64,000 nt of DNA from Octopus sinensis (taxonomy: Eukaryota). Shown here in pieces: positions 25,101 through 37,643 of the stretch. The DNA lies in contig NC_043018.1 in NCBI RefSeq assembly GCF_006345805.1, positions 19,592,001-19,656,000 of the forward strand, written 5' to 3'. The stretch's first letter is position 1. Each line of letters begins with the position of its first letter. The notes beneath the pieces are model-generated. The model had not been told where the DNA came from and did no database searches. It was given only the letters and a program-made list of their open reading frames with translations. Both the position numbers and the translations under genes were made by a program.

Positions 25101-25739
25101 TACTCTTTTACTCTTTTACTTGTTTCAGTCATTTGACTGCGGCCATGCTGGAGCACCGCCTTTTAGTCGAGCAAATCGACCCCAGGACTTATTCTTTGTA
25201 AGCCCAGTACTTATTCTATCGGTCTCTTTTGACAGCAACGTAAACACATCAGCATCGGTTGTCAAGCAAAGGCGGTGAGCTGGCAGAATCGTTAGCACGT
25301 CTGGTGAAATGCTTAGCAGTATTGCGGCTGCCGTTATGTTGTGAGTTCAAATTCCGCCGAGGTCGACTTTGCCTTTCATCCTTTCGGGGTCAATAAATTA
25401 AGTACCAGTTAGCATTGGGGTCGATATAATCGACTTAATACCTATGTCTGTCCATGTTTGTCCCCTCTATGTTTAGCCCCTTGTGGGTAATAAAGAAATA
25501 GGTTGTCAAGCAATGCTAGGGGGACAAACACAGACACACAAACATACACACACACATATATATATATATATACATATAAACGACGGGCTTCTTTCAGTTT
25601 CCGTCTACCAAATCCACTCACAAGGCTTTGGTCGGCCCGAGGCTATAGTAGAAGACACTTGCCCAAGGGGCCACGCAATGGGACTGAACCTGGAACCATG
25701 TGGTTGGTAAGCAAGCTACTTACCACACAGCCACTCCTG
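25101..25739 (-). mobile_element. SINE family A interrupted by a family B insertion
   Basis: Family A sequence resumes after the insert; GGTTGTCAAGCAA duplicated at 25257-25269 and 25501-25513. Confidence 0.85.
25271..25501 (+). mobile_element. SINE family B, full length, nested
   Basis: GGCGGTGAGCTGGCAGAATCGTTAGC head to AAAGAAATAGG tail, flanked by a 13-bp duplication. Confidence 0.88.
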
Positions 25740-25767
25740 AAGAACTACAACCATATATATATATATA

Positions 25768-26302
25768 TACTAGCAGCTAAGCCCGGTTTCACCTGGTCTG
25801 TTTGGATGATGTGGCTGTGATCGTTTTCGGTCAGGCATAATCTAGAACAGCGTTTCTCAACCTTATCATTTCAGGTCCCCTGTTTCAATTGGAGCCTCCA
25901 GCTATCTGAAAATTTCCTGACCCCACCTCATCAGAAAACAGCTTCTAAGCAAATGGTTGTTTTAATGGCGGAAGAAAGAGGAGAATTCCCTTAGAAAAAG
26001 TTTTACTCAATTTTCTCGGTAACTATAGGGATAGGGGCTAGGGAAAAAATACAAACCACATTCCAATCTATACACCAGTCTCCACATGTGTGCCATTTTT
26101 CACGCGAATCCACTCAGCCGTTTGGCTGTGAACCTCCAGACAAGAAAGAATACAACGATCGCCCATGTCCAATTTATATTATAGATATATACATGTGTAT
26201 GTGTGTATGTGTGTGTGAGCACACGCGTGCATCTATATATGTGTGCATGTGTGCATCCATATATATGTGTATGTGTGCATCCATATATATACATGTATAT
26301 AC

Positions 26303-26361
<59 letters not shown>

Positions 26362-26768
26362 TATACATCCATATACATACAATAGAGAGATGTTTTTGTT
26401 TCACTTTTAACACGTAATACTGAAATAGTGGAGAAGATAAGATATTGTTGTGGGCTCACCCTAGGCAAGAAGTTAAAATTTCTTTTGCCCATGACATTCC
26501 ATGGACCCTAAGTAAGGCATGTGTAAAATTTGAATGAAATTGGTTGTATTGTTCTCAAGTTTTAGGGATTCATAGTGGAGAAAATATGATATTGCTATGG
26601 GCTCGCCCTAGGCAAGAAGTTAAAATTTTTTTTGTTCATTACACTACATGGACCCTAAGTAAGGCGTGTGTAAAATTTGAATGGAATTGGTTGTGTAGTT
26701 CTCAAGTTTTAGGGATTCTCACAGACAGACAGACAGACACAGATTCTCAGTTTTATATATATAGATTG
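25768..26768 (+). mobile_element. Non-autonomous Helitron-like element with internal ~140-bp tandem duplication
   Basis: TACTAGC..CCCGG start and (GACA)n...TTTTATATATATAGAT end; duplicated CCCTAGGCAAGAAGTTAAAAT block at about 26440 and 26585. Confidence 0.5.
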
Positions 26769-27389
26769 ATAGAATAACATCTGAACAATATGTAATATAA
26801 TCTATGTAATATTGCAACAGAATGACGAGGAGATAAAAAGCCCAAACACGTGAGAACGATGACAAGAAAATGTCTTGTGAACTTAGAAACTAGTTTAAGG
26901 GTTAACTTAATACATTAGAGTAGCCCGAGATCATAAGGGGTTTTCTGTTTATTTTTGTGTATTAAGTAAATGAAGGGAAGAATCACAACTGATGCTGACA
27001 TTCTAAGGGTTAACATAGCACCAAGGAATAGCCAAACATCGAAGGCGTTTTCCTATTTATTTTCATATTAGCAAATGGTAAATGAAGAGAAGAATGACAA
27101 CCAATGATGACGTGGATGGTTTGCATTCCTGCCAAACCGGTCAAAATTCATACCAGTTTGTTAAATTGTTTTCCGGTATAGATCTATAAATGTTGAAATG
27201 CTGTCAACGATAAACATTCAAGGATATATTTTCTATCTTTTTTATTTTTATTTTTGTCTTCAAATTTTTTCCACATCTTTGACAAAGCTAAATTCCATTT
27301 GTTTTGACTAACAGTTTTATTTTTAAGTATCACTTGATTTTTCGGTATTGTTTCCTGTAGATTCAGGACAAACAATTGTTTTAATTTTT

Positions 27390-28020
27390 GTCTAACCTTT
27401 TTGATATGAACCTACCTGAGGCCGTGCCTCATCCTACAATGCAAATTTCCTGTTTTAATGAGATCTAAATTAACAACTTCCTCAAAATTTCATGTAATTA
27501 ATATTCCAAACACAAGCTTGATTGTAGTAACAACAAAGTTATTTCACCAAGTTCATTGTTTTCAAAATAAACTGAAGCAAAGTCAGCGTAGTTCAAAACA
27601 AATATGGTAACAAAAGGGTTAAAGTGATCTTAATTAAAACCGTTCATCAAAATTTCCTATTAATTGATATTTCAATCACAAGGTTATTTTCTAAATTCTC
27701 CATTATTTTTGAACTTAAATGAATGAAAGGCAGAGTATTTCAACAGAAATATGGTAACAAAAGGTTTAAATCTTTCTATATTAATCTGCCTGAAGTTGCT
27801 CCTGGTTCTATGATACAAATTTCCTGTTTTAAAAGTGATCCAAATTAAAAGCTTCCTTCAGAATTTCAAGGTAATTTATGCTTTAAACACCTGCACAATG
27901 ATGACAAAGGTATTCTATTAAGTTCTTCGTTATTCCTAAAAAACGGATTGATTCAAAGGAAATTTATTTCAACAGAAATATGGTAACAAAAGGGTTAAAG
28001 TGATCGAAATAAAAACTTCT
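27390..28020. repeat. Tandem degenerate units ending AAATATGGTAACAAAAGGGTTAA (MITE-derived)
   Basis: Motif recurs near 27601, 27750 and 27980. Confidence 0.6.
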
Positions 28021-28543
28021 CTATTACTTGTTTCAGTCATTTGACTGTGGTCATGCTGGAGCACCGCATTTAGTCATTAGTGTATGACCATACTGGAGCA
28101 CCACCTTGAACAGGTTTTAGTTGAACTAATCAAACTTAAGACTTATTCTTTGTAAGCTTAGTACTTATTCTATCGGTCTCTTTTGCTGAACCGCTCAGTT
28201 ACGGGGGTGTAGATACACCAACATTCTCTTAGTCTTTTATTTGTTTCAATCATATGACTGTGGCCAAGCTGGAGCACTGCCTTGAAGGACATATATTTCT
28301 TTTTAAGCCTAGTACTTACTTTGTCTGATTTTTTGCCGAACTGCTAAGTTACAGGGGTGTAAACACATCATCACCAGTTGTCAAGTGATGGTGAAGGACA
28401 AACACACGCACACACACACACATAATTTTATTAATATTTCACAGAAGTAACAGAGTTACTCTGGGTCCAAGAGTTTCGTGTGTTGGCATGCATCAAACTG
28501 GTAACAGGCTGAAGACCTGAGAGTTTATATGGTTTTGTTTATA

Positions 28544-28969
28544 AGGCGCCGGAGTGGCCGTGCGGTAAGTAGCTTGCTTACGAACCACATGGTTCCAGGT
28601 TCAGTCTCACTGCATGGCACCTTGGGCAAGTGTCTTCTACTATAGCCTCAGGCTGACCAAAGCCTTGTAATTGGATTTGGTAGACGGAAACTGAAAGAAG
28701 CCCATCTTATATATATGTATATATATAAATATGTGTGTGTGTGTGTGTATATATTTGTGTGTCTGTGTTTGTCCCCCCAACATCACTTGACAACCGATGC
28801 TGGCATGTTTATGTCCCCGTAACTTAGCGGTTTGGCAAAAGAGACCGATAGAATAAATAAATACTAGGCTTACAAAGAGGAAACCCTGGGGTCGATTTGC
28901 TCAGACTAAAGGCGGTGCTCCAGCACGGCCACAGTCAAATGACTGAAACATGTAAAAGAGTAAAGAGTA
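28544..28969 (+). mobile_element. SINE family A, full length
   Basis: Same head, body and tail as 331-737. Confidence 0.88.
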
Positions 28970-28998
28970 ATGAGTAAATATATTTCTTTTTTGCTCTC

Positions 28999-29030
<32 letters not shown>

Positions 29031-29266
29031 TATTTATTTATTTATTTATTTAGCTATGTCTTTGCTTATTGAATGACATAACAAGTAAACTATTTGAATC
29101 GTCCCATGTGACATTGTTATGATTCGTTCTAGAACAATCCAGAGAGAAATACTTTCATCAGTAACTGTATAAACTCACAGGCCTTTGACCTGTGACTAAT
29201 TTGATAAGTGCCAAAGCAAGAAACTCTCAGACCTTCAGCCGTGTATGTGTATGTGTATGTGTATAT

Positions 29267-29329
<63 letters not shown>

Positions 29330-29370
29330 GTATATGTTTGTGTGTCTGTATATATATATATGTGTGTGTG

Positions 29371-29406
<36 letters not shown>

Positions 29407-29569
29407 CACACACACACACAAATATATATATGTGTGCGTGTATGTATATATATATATAGACACACATATATATGTGTATGTGTTTGTATATAATATATAT
29501 ATATATATATTTGTATATATATGTGTGTATATATTTTTGTGTTTATATGTGTGTGTATGTATATAAAAA

Positions 29570-29646
<77 letters not shown>

Positions 29647-29762
29647 GTGTATGTGTGTGTGTATGTGTATGTGTGCATGTGTGTGTGTGTGTATGTGTGT
29701 GTGTGTTTTGTATATATTTATATATAATTGTCACTAAATGTGAGTAGAGTATTAAACAACAG

Positions 29763-29938
29763 CCACATTGCTAGAAATAACAGCTAAAATACTTTAATGG
29801 TGCACTTAACACATGCAGATGAAAACATATATACATAACTGTTGGACAAATATGGTCCCTGTTAGTGTATGTATGTTTTCATCCATGTGCGTTAAGTGCA
29901 CCATTAGAGCATTTTAGCAGTTATTTCTAGCAATGTGG
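29763..29938. repeat. Fold-back inverted repeat (~75-bp arms, ~21-nt spacer)
   Basis: CCACATTGCTAGAAATAAC...GTTATTTCTAGCAATGTGG; arms match with scattered substitutions. Confidence 0.85.
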
Positions 29939-30034
29939 ATGTTTCCTAACACCCTAGTCACACTTAGGGACAATTTTGGTGAAACACTGCAAACTGCTGT
30001 TTATATTAATTTTAAAATAATAATAATAATCCTT

Positions 30035-30245
30035 TCTACTATAGGCACAAGGCCTGAAATTTTGTGGGAGTGGACCAATCGATTAGATCGACACTCGTAT
30101 GCAACTGGTACTTAATTTATCGACCCCAAAAGGATGAAATGAAAAGTCGATCTCAGTGGAATTTGAACTCAGACCGTAAAGACAGATGAAATATCACTAA
30201 GCATTTCGCCTGCTGTGCTAACGTTTCTGCCAGCTCGTCGCCGTT
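30035..30245 (-). mobile_element. SINE family B
   Basis: GACCCCAAAAGGATGAAA..GGAATTTGAACTCAG..CTGCCAGCTCG is the reverse complement of the family B body and head. Confidence 0.75.
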
Positions 30246-30387
30246 ATAGTCCCATATATTACAAATAACCTCAGACTGTAGTAGAAGCCACTTGCCAAAG
30301 TTTCCATCCAATAAGTTCAAGCACAAAACACACATTATTTACATTATTTACAATTGACGGATATTTGTCCTCATCTGGCTTGTTGTT

Positions 30388-30433
30388 AATACAACATTTC
30401 GGCTGATATGCCCTCCAGCCTTCATCAGGTGTT
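30388..30433 (-). ncRNA. Minimal type I hammerhead motif, family H2
   Basis: aacac CTGATGA A GGCTG-gagggcatat-CAGCC GAAA TG TT gtatt; both core boxes intact. Confidence 0.65.
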
Positions 30434-30587
30434 TTGGGGAAATTTCGAACCTAGATTCTCATTCCGAAGGTATTTTTCGATGTTATTATTATTATTATGA
30501 AGTAGTGGTTAGTATTATTATGGTGTAGGGGTTAAAAGCACAGGCTACAAACCCCAATATTCTGGGTTCAATTCCAGGCAGTGACCA

Positions 30588-30631
<44 letters not shown>

Positions 30632-30645
30632 GTAATAATATTAAT

Positions 30646-30682
<37 letters not shown>

Positions 30683-30700
30683 GTTTAACGTCTGCTCTCC

Positions 30701-30752
<52 letters not shown>

Positions 30753-30816
30753 TGATAATAATAACAACATCGAAAAATACCTTAGGAATGAGAACCTAGG
30801 TTCGAAATTTCCCCAA

Positions 30817-30862
30817 GACACCTGATGAAGGCTGGAGGGTGTATCAGCTGAAATGTTGTGTT
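30817..30862 (+). ncRNA. Minimal type I hammerhead motif, family H2
   Basis: GACAC CTGATGA A GGCTG-gagggtgtat-CAGCT GAAA TG TT GTGTT; stem I GACAC/GTGTT. Confidence 0.65.
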
Positions 30863-31413
30863 AACAACAAACAAGATGAGGACAAATATCTGTAAAATGT
30901 AAATAATGTAAATAATGTAAATAATTCCTCATCTCTTAAATATAGAACAAAACACACAGTTACAAAGAAAATAAGTCTAACCATGCAACCATGCAACCAT
31001 GCCTTCATAATGTCATTTGTATTTTTGTGTTTTCTTTTTTTCTTTTTTTTTTACTTATATTTAGCATTTCTATATTTTGCCTTATATTTTTGGGTTTCCT
31101 TCAAAGTAAATTATGACATTTTTTTTTTGGACATTTTCCTGTTTCACCCTCGTTTGTAATGAAGTATCTTGTTTCTTTGTAATGTAAGTAATTTCTGCTA
31201 CTTGAAGAGGATTTCGGAGTCCGTCTTCAGCTGATTAAGCTCTCGTCTGTTTTATCTGATGTTTATTCATCTCAAGCTGTTTCAAGACTTCATGAATATG
31301 CGTGTGTGTGTGTATGTGTGTGTGTATGTGTGTGTGTATGGTGTTTGTACGTGTAGGAATACATATACACACATACATATAATATACACACACACATATA
31401 TATATATATATAC

Positions 31414-31469
<56 letters not shown>

Positions 31470-32219
31470 TATGTATGTATGTATATATATATATATTATA
31501 TATATGTATGTATATGTATATGGATTCATATATATATATATGTATAATATACATTACATATATATATATATATATATATACATATATATATACACATATA
31601 TAAGTATCTATGTTTGCATGTATGTATGTGTGTATGTATGGTGTATGTATGTATGTATGTATGTATATACATATATATATATATGTATGTATATGTATAT
31701 GGATTCATATATATATATATGTATATATACATACATTATATATATATATATTATATATATATATACACACACATATATAAGTATCTATGTTTGCATGGAT
31801 GTATGTGTGTATGTATGTGTGTATGTATGTATGTATGTATGTATGTATGTATGTATGTATATATGTATGTATGTAGGTAGGTAGGTAGGTAGGTATATAT
31901 ACATATGATTGGAAACTGGTTTTACAGCTGTGTTTATCAATGTTACTGATTGATTTTTATCTGAATTTTGCTGCAGTTTAACTCACTCACTCTGTATGTA
32001 ACTCTCTCTCGATAACAACCCACCTGAGACCGTCTCTGGTTCCATGATATAAATTCCTTCTTTTGAAGTGATCTAAATTAAAGCCTTCCATCGGAACTTT
32101 TGATGTTCATTCATGTACCCAAACACCAGCTTAATAACGACAAAGTAATTTTAATAAATTCTTCACTATTTTCGAAATCAGCTGAAACAAAAACATAACA
32201 TTGTATGCAACAGTTATCA

Positions 32220-32830
32220 CCGTCACCATCGTTTAACGTCCATTTTTCCATGCTGGCATGGGTTGGACGGTTTGACTGAGGTCTGAAAAGCCAGATGGCT
32301 GCACCAGGCTCTAGTCTTATCTGGCAACGTTTCTACAGCTGGATGCCTTTCCTAATGCCAACCACTCTGAAAATTGAACGGTTTGACTGAGATCAGGAGA
32401 GCCAGCAGTTGCACCAGGCTCCAATCTGATCTGGCAATGTTTCTACAGCTGGATGCCTTTCCTAATGCCAACCACTCTGAAAATTGAACGGTTGACTGAG
32501 ATCAGGAGAGCCAGCAGTTGCACCAGGCTCAAATCTGATCTGGCAATGTTTCTACAGCTCGATGCCCTTCCTAATGCCAACCACTCTGAAAATTGAACGG
32601 TTGACTGAGATCAGGAGAGCCAGCAGTTGCACCAGGCTCAAATCTGATCTGGCAATGTTTCTACAGCTCGATGCCCTTCCTAATGCCAACCACTCTGAAA
32701 ATGTAGTGGATGCTTTCTATGTGCCACCGGCTCAGGAGCCAGTCAAGCAGGCCTGGCATCAATCACATTCAGATAGTGCTTTTTTACGTGCCACCAGCAC
32801 AGGGGCCAGTCAGGGGGTACTGGCATTGAC
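32220..32830 (-). mobile_element. RTE 3' end with internal ~109-bp tandem amplification (4 units)
   Basis: ACCACTCTGAAA recurs at 32361, 32471, 32580 and 32689. Confidence 0.8.
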
Positions 32831-33044
32831 CACGTTCAGTTGGTGCTTCATTTATCAGTCCCAAAGTGATGAGAGGTAAAGTTCACCTCTGTGGGATTTG
32901 AACTCGGTGAGTAGAGAGCCGGAACAATGTGAGACCTGCAAAGTAATCTCTTTCCAAAATTCGAATGCTTCTGCCAATCAGCCACCTCGTTATCATCATT
33001 ACACTGTAATGATTCAGATATTGAAATTATATTGTGTTGTCATC

Positions 33045-33081
<37 letters not shown>

Positions 33082-34700
33082 TCATCATCATCATCATCAT
33101 CATCATTGCCACCTCCACCATCACTGTCACCACCACCACCACCACCACCATCATCATCATCATGAAGATATCCTCTATCATCATCACCACCACTACAACC
33201 ACAACCACAACCACCATCACCACCACCACCGCCACAGCCACCACCACCAGTACCACCACAACCACTACCATCATCATCATCACCACCACCACCACCACCA
33301 CCACCAGTACCACCACAACCACTACCATCATCATCACCACCACCACAACCACCACTACCACCACCACCACCAGTACCACCACAACCACTACCATCATCTC
33401 ATCACACCAATCACCACCACCACAACCACTACCACCAGTACCACCAACCACTACCATCATCAATCACCACCACCACCACCACTACTACCACCACCACCAC
33501 CAGTGCCACCACAACCACTACCATCATCATCATCACCACCACAACCACCACTACCACCACCACCACCAGTGCCACCACAACCACTACCATCATCATCACC
33601 ACCACCACAACCACCACTACCACCACCACCACCAGTACCACCACAACCACTACCATCATCATCACCACCACCACCACCACCACTACCACCACAACCACTA
33701 CCATCATCATCACCACCACCACCACCACCACTACCACCACCACCAGTACCACCACAGCCACTACCATCATCATCACCACCACCACCACCACCACTACCAC
33801 CACCACCACCAGCATACCACCACAACCACTACCATCATCATCATCACCACCACAACAACCACCACCAGTACCACCACAACCACTACCATCATCATCATCA
33901 CCATCACCACCACCACCACCACCACCACTACCATCATCATCACCACCACCACCACCACCAGTACCACCACAACCACTACCATCATCATCACCACCACCAC
34001 CACCACTACCACCACCACCACCAGTACCACCACAACCACTACCATCATCATCATCACCACCACAACAACCACCACCAGTACCACCACAACCACTACCATC
34101 ATCATCATCACCACCACCACAACCACTACCATCATCATCACCACCACCACCACCACCAGTACCACCACAACCACTACCATCATCATCACCACCACCACCA
34201 CCACCACTACCACCACCACCACCACAACCACTACCATCATCATCATCACCACCACCAACACCACCACCACCAGAACCACCACAACCACTACCATCATTAT
34301 CGTTGTCATCACCACCACCATCATTATCATGAAGACACCCTCCATAATCATCATCACCACTACCACCACCACCACCACCACCACTACAATCATCATTATT
34401 ATCATTGTCATTGTCGTCATCATCATCATCATCATTGCCACCTCCACCATCACTGTCACCACCACCAGCACCAGCACCATCATCATCATCATGAAGATAT
34501 CCTCTATCATCATCATCACCACCACCACAACCACTATCATCATCATCATCACCACCACCACCACCACCACCACCGCCGCCACCACCACCTCAACCACTAC
34601 AATCATCATCATCATCATCATCATCATCACCACCACCACTACCATCATCATTATTATCGTTGTCATCGTCGTCATCATCATCATCAACATCAGCAACAGC
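33045..34700. repeat. Compound (CAT)n/(CAC)n microsatellite array
   Basis: Direct inspection; CATGAAGATATCCTCTATC block present near both ends. Confidence 0.95.
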
Positions 34701-35620
34701 AGCATTATTACTGGACAATTCGGTCCTAAATACCCTAAAAAAATGAAATGGCCATCCATGATTGGAATACCTTAGATCTTGTGTTTCAATCAGTATACAA
34801 ATGAGGCTAAAAAAACAACAACAATGACAACATCAACAAAAACAACAATCATCATCATTATCATCGTCTCGTTACCATTGTCATTTCTTCGTTAGACACC
34901 GAATCTCTTTTCCTTCATCAAACGGCAACCAGTTCCTGTCATTCTCAATTTCGTTTTCTCTTCTGCGATTCTTTGTCTCACAACTTTTGACATTAAAGGA
35001 AATGATAAAACCATTTTACGGAAAAGATAACCACGCACAAAGACCGCACATTCTATATCCGAATCTTGGTTCTGGTGCCAGTTTGGAAATTAGATTGCGA
35101 TAATATAGTTTCTCTCTGCTGAAGCAGAACATAAATATGAAGAGAGGGAGAGAAAAGGAAAGATATAATTCTCTATAAGAACATATTTTCATCTTTGTTC
35201 TAAAACCCCCCAGATGGTTGATAAAGGCCTGATAATCAAACCATTGATTTAACCTTCTCGTCGACCCACATATGTTCTCTGGCTTCTAACGTTTTTATAT
35301 ATCAGTCAAAAATCAAAACAACGAATCGTTATTCTCTCTATTTGACGATTAAAGCATAAACAAAGGTGTGTAACACTCCATTGAACACATAAATTAATTA
35401 ATTCTGTGTCAGAATATATTTCCGTCTTTGCTCTAACCCTTGGAGAGAACAAAGGGATGTAGATAGACAACACATTGATTCTGACCTGTTCAGTGCAGTC
35501 AGAGTTGCACATGCTTTCTTATTTAACTGCTTAAATATCCACCAACAGCCACAATAAATCCCTGATAATAAGTGTGTGGTGAGAATTTTGTAGCATACCA
35601 TACAGCATAGGAATCTCTCT

Positions 35621-36025
35621 CTCTTTTACTCTTTTACTTGTTTCAGTCATTTAACTGCGGCCATGCTGGAGCACCACCTTTAATCGAGCAACTCAACCCA
35701 GGGACTTATTCTTTGTAAGCCCAGTACTTATTCTATCGGTCTCTTTTGCCGAACCGCTAAGTGACGGGGGCATAAACACACCAGCATCGGTTGTCAAGCA
35801 ATGCTAGGGGGACAAACACAGACACACAAACACACACGCACATAATATATATACATATATACGACGGGCTTCTTTCAGTTTCCGTCTACCAAATCCGCTC
35901 ACAAGGCTTTGGTCGGCCCGAGGCTATAGTAGAAGACACTTGCCCAAGGTGCCATGCAGTGGGACTGAACCCGGAACCATGTTGTTGGTAAGCGAGTTAC
36001 TTACCATGCAGCCACTCCTGTGCCT
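35621..36025 (-). mobile_element. SINE family A, full length
   Basis: Reverse complement of the 331-737 type. Confidence 0.88.
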
Positions 36026-36091
36026 GATTGTATATATATAAAAACTTATTGCTACCATTGTCAGATATATGTCAGATATATGAATTTTTTT

Positions 36092-36547
36092 AAGGTGTGG
36101 CTGTGTGGTGAGACATTTGCTTCCCAACCACATGGTTCTGGGTTCAGTCCCACTGTTTGGAATCTTGGGTAAGTGTCTTCTATTATTACCAACCAAGACC
36201 TTGCGAGTGGATTTGGTAGATGGAAACTGAAAGAAACCCATCATGTGTGTGTGTGTGTGTGTGTGTGTGCATGCATGCATATGTGTTTACACGTGAGTGT
36301 ACATGCATGCACACGTGTGTGTGTTGTATGTGTGTGTCTTTGTTTTTCTCCCATACCATTTGACAATTGGCATTGGTTTCTTTATGTCTCTTTAACATTG
36401 CAGTTCAGCAAAAGAGACTGACAGAATACATATCAAACTTTAAGAATAAAATGAGTCCTGGGGTCAATGTGCTTGACTTGACTCTTCAAGGCAGTGCCCC
36501 AGCATGGCCACAGTCCAGTGACTGAGACAAGTAAAAGAATAAAAGAA
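36092..36547 (+). mobile_element. SINE family A, older diverged copy
   Basis: Head, CORE-like box and tail recognisable with substitutions. Confidence 0.75.
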
Positions 36548-36549
36548 CT

Positions 36550-36853
36550 ATCATCATCATCATCATCATCATTTAATGTCCGTTGACCATGCTGGCATGG
36601 GTTGGACGGCTTGACCAGAGTTAAATAAGAAGGTTGCACCAGATTCCACTCTGATATGGCAAGGTTTCTATGGCAGGAAGCCCTTCCTAATGCCAACCAC
36701 TCCGAGAGTGTAATGGGTGCTTCTACATGCCTCTAGGGTGGATTTACGTGCCACCAGCATGGGTGCCAATTTGTGACACACCAGTATCTACCACGACTGC
36801 AATTTTGCTTGGCTTGATAGGTTTTCTTCTCAAGCACAACAAAATGCCAAAGT
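36550..36853 (-). mobile_element. RTE 3' end (host of the H2 SINE insertion)
   Basis: CATCATTTAATGTCCG..CCCTTCCTAATGCCAACCAC. Confidence 0.7.
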
Positions 36854-36909
36854 ACATTATTTACATTATTTACATTTGACAAATATTTTTCCTCATCTTG
36901 TTTGTTGTT

Positions 36910-36955
36910 AACACAACTTTTCAGCTGATATACCCTCCAGCCTTCATCAGGTATC
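36910..36955 (-). ncRNA. Minimal type I hammerhead motif, family H2
   Basis: gatac CTGATGA A GGCTG-gagggtatat-CAGCT GAAA AG TT gtgtt; core intact, stem III damaged. Confidence 0.6.
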
Positions 36956-37073
36956 TTGGGGAAATTTAGAATCCGGGTTCTCATTCCTAAGGCATATGGC
37001 GTAGTGGTTAAGAGTGCAGGCTACTAATCCCAAAATTCCATGTTCGATTCCAAGCAGTGACCTGAACAATAAC

Positions 37074-37157
<84 letters not shown>

Positions 37158-37218
37158 CAACAACAACAACATCAAAAAATACCTTAGGAATGAGAACCCT
37201 GGTTCAAAATTTCCCCAA

Positions 37219-37264
37219 GATACCTCATGACGGCTGGAGGTTATATCAGCCAAAATGTTGTGTT
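37219..37264 (+). ncRNA. Degenerate hammerhead motif, family H2 (core mutated)
   Basis: CTCATGA and CAAAAT replace CTGATGA and CGAAA; stems otherwise alignable with the other three copies. Confidence 0.45.
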
Positions 37265-37643
37265 AACAACAAACAAGATGAGGACAAATATCCGTTGAAT
37301 GTAAATAATGTAAATAATGTACATAATTCCTTGTCTCTTAAATATAGAACTGCCACAGTTTTTGTTTATTGCAAACATCAGCAGCCCTTTTACCCTTTTT
37401 TCATCATTAAACCTAGCTCCACTTCTTTGTCCCTTTTGTCCACTAGTTTAACTTGTGCTCGCTTTTGCTGGGGTAAAGAGTTGACTTCACCCTCTGAAAC
37501 CTAGGCCCCTGTGTCTAACTTTACTCTCCATCTGGGCTCCTGAGCAAAAAAAATAAATAATAGTTGCATAGAGAGGCTCAAGAGTAACAAATGTAGGCAA
37601 ACTAATGGACAGAATCACCAAAACCATTCAGGAGAATAAGAAT

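Larger units (their letters stand above)
30332..30948 (+). mobile_element. Hammerhead-bearing tRNA SINE (family H2): inverted 3' segment (30332-30497) plus full copy (30519-30948)
   Basis: tRNA-like head TGGTGTAGGGGTTAA..GGTTCAATTCC, (AAT)n spacer, hammerhead-containing tail; ACAAAACACACA at 30323-30334 and 30947-30958 brackets both parts. Confidence 0.82.
36854..37350 (+). mobile_element. Hammerhead-bearing tRNA SINE (family H2): inverted 3' segment (36854-36992) plus full copy (36995-37350)
   Basis: A box TGGCGTAGTGGT (36997), B box GTTCGATTCC (37042), (AAT)n, hammerhead tail; TGCCAAAGT (36845-36853) and TGCCACAGT (37351-37359) flank the composite. Confidence 0.82.

Noticed and set aside
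32898-34775. 625-aa and 565-aa Thr/His/Pro-rich ORFs, and similar long ORFs at 10.7-13.7, 16.9-18.1, 41-44.3, 48-49.6 and 52.6-54.7 kb
   Set aside because: They are translations of micro- and minisatellites that lack stops in several frames on both strands; no domain content.
34895-35560. Open frames of 45-70 codons on both strands with plausible acceptors; similar cases near 24975 and 46868
   Set aside because: Several frames are equally open and there is no recognisable homology or consistent phase chain, so they cannot be distinguished from chance.
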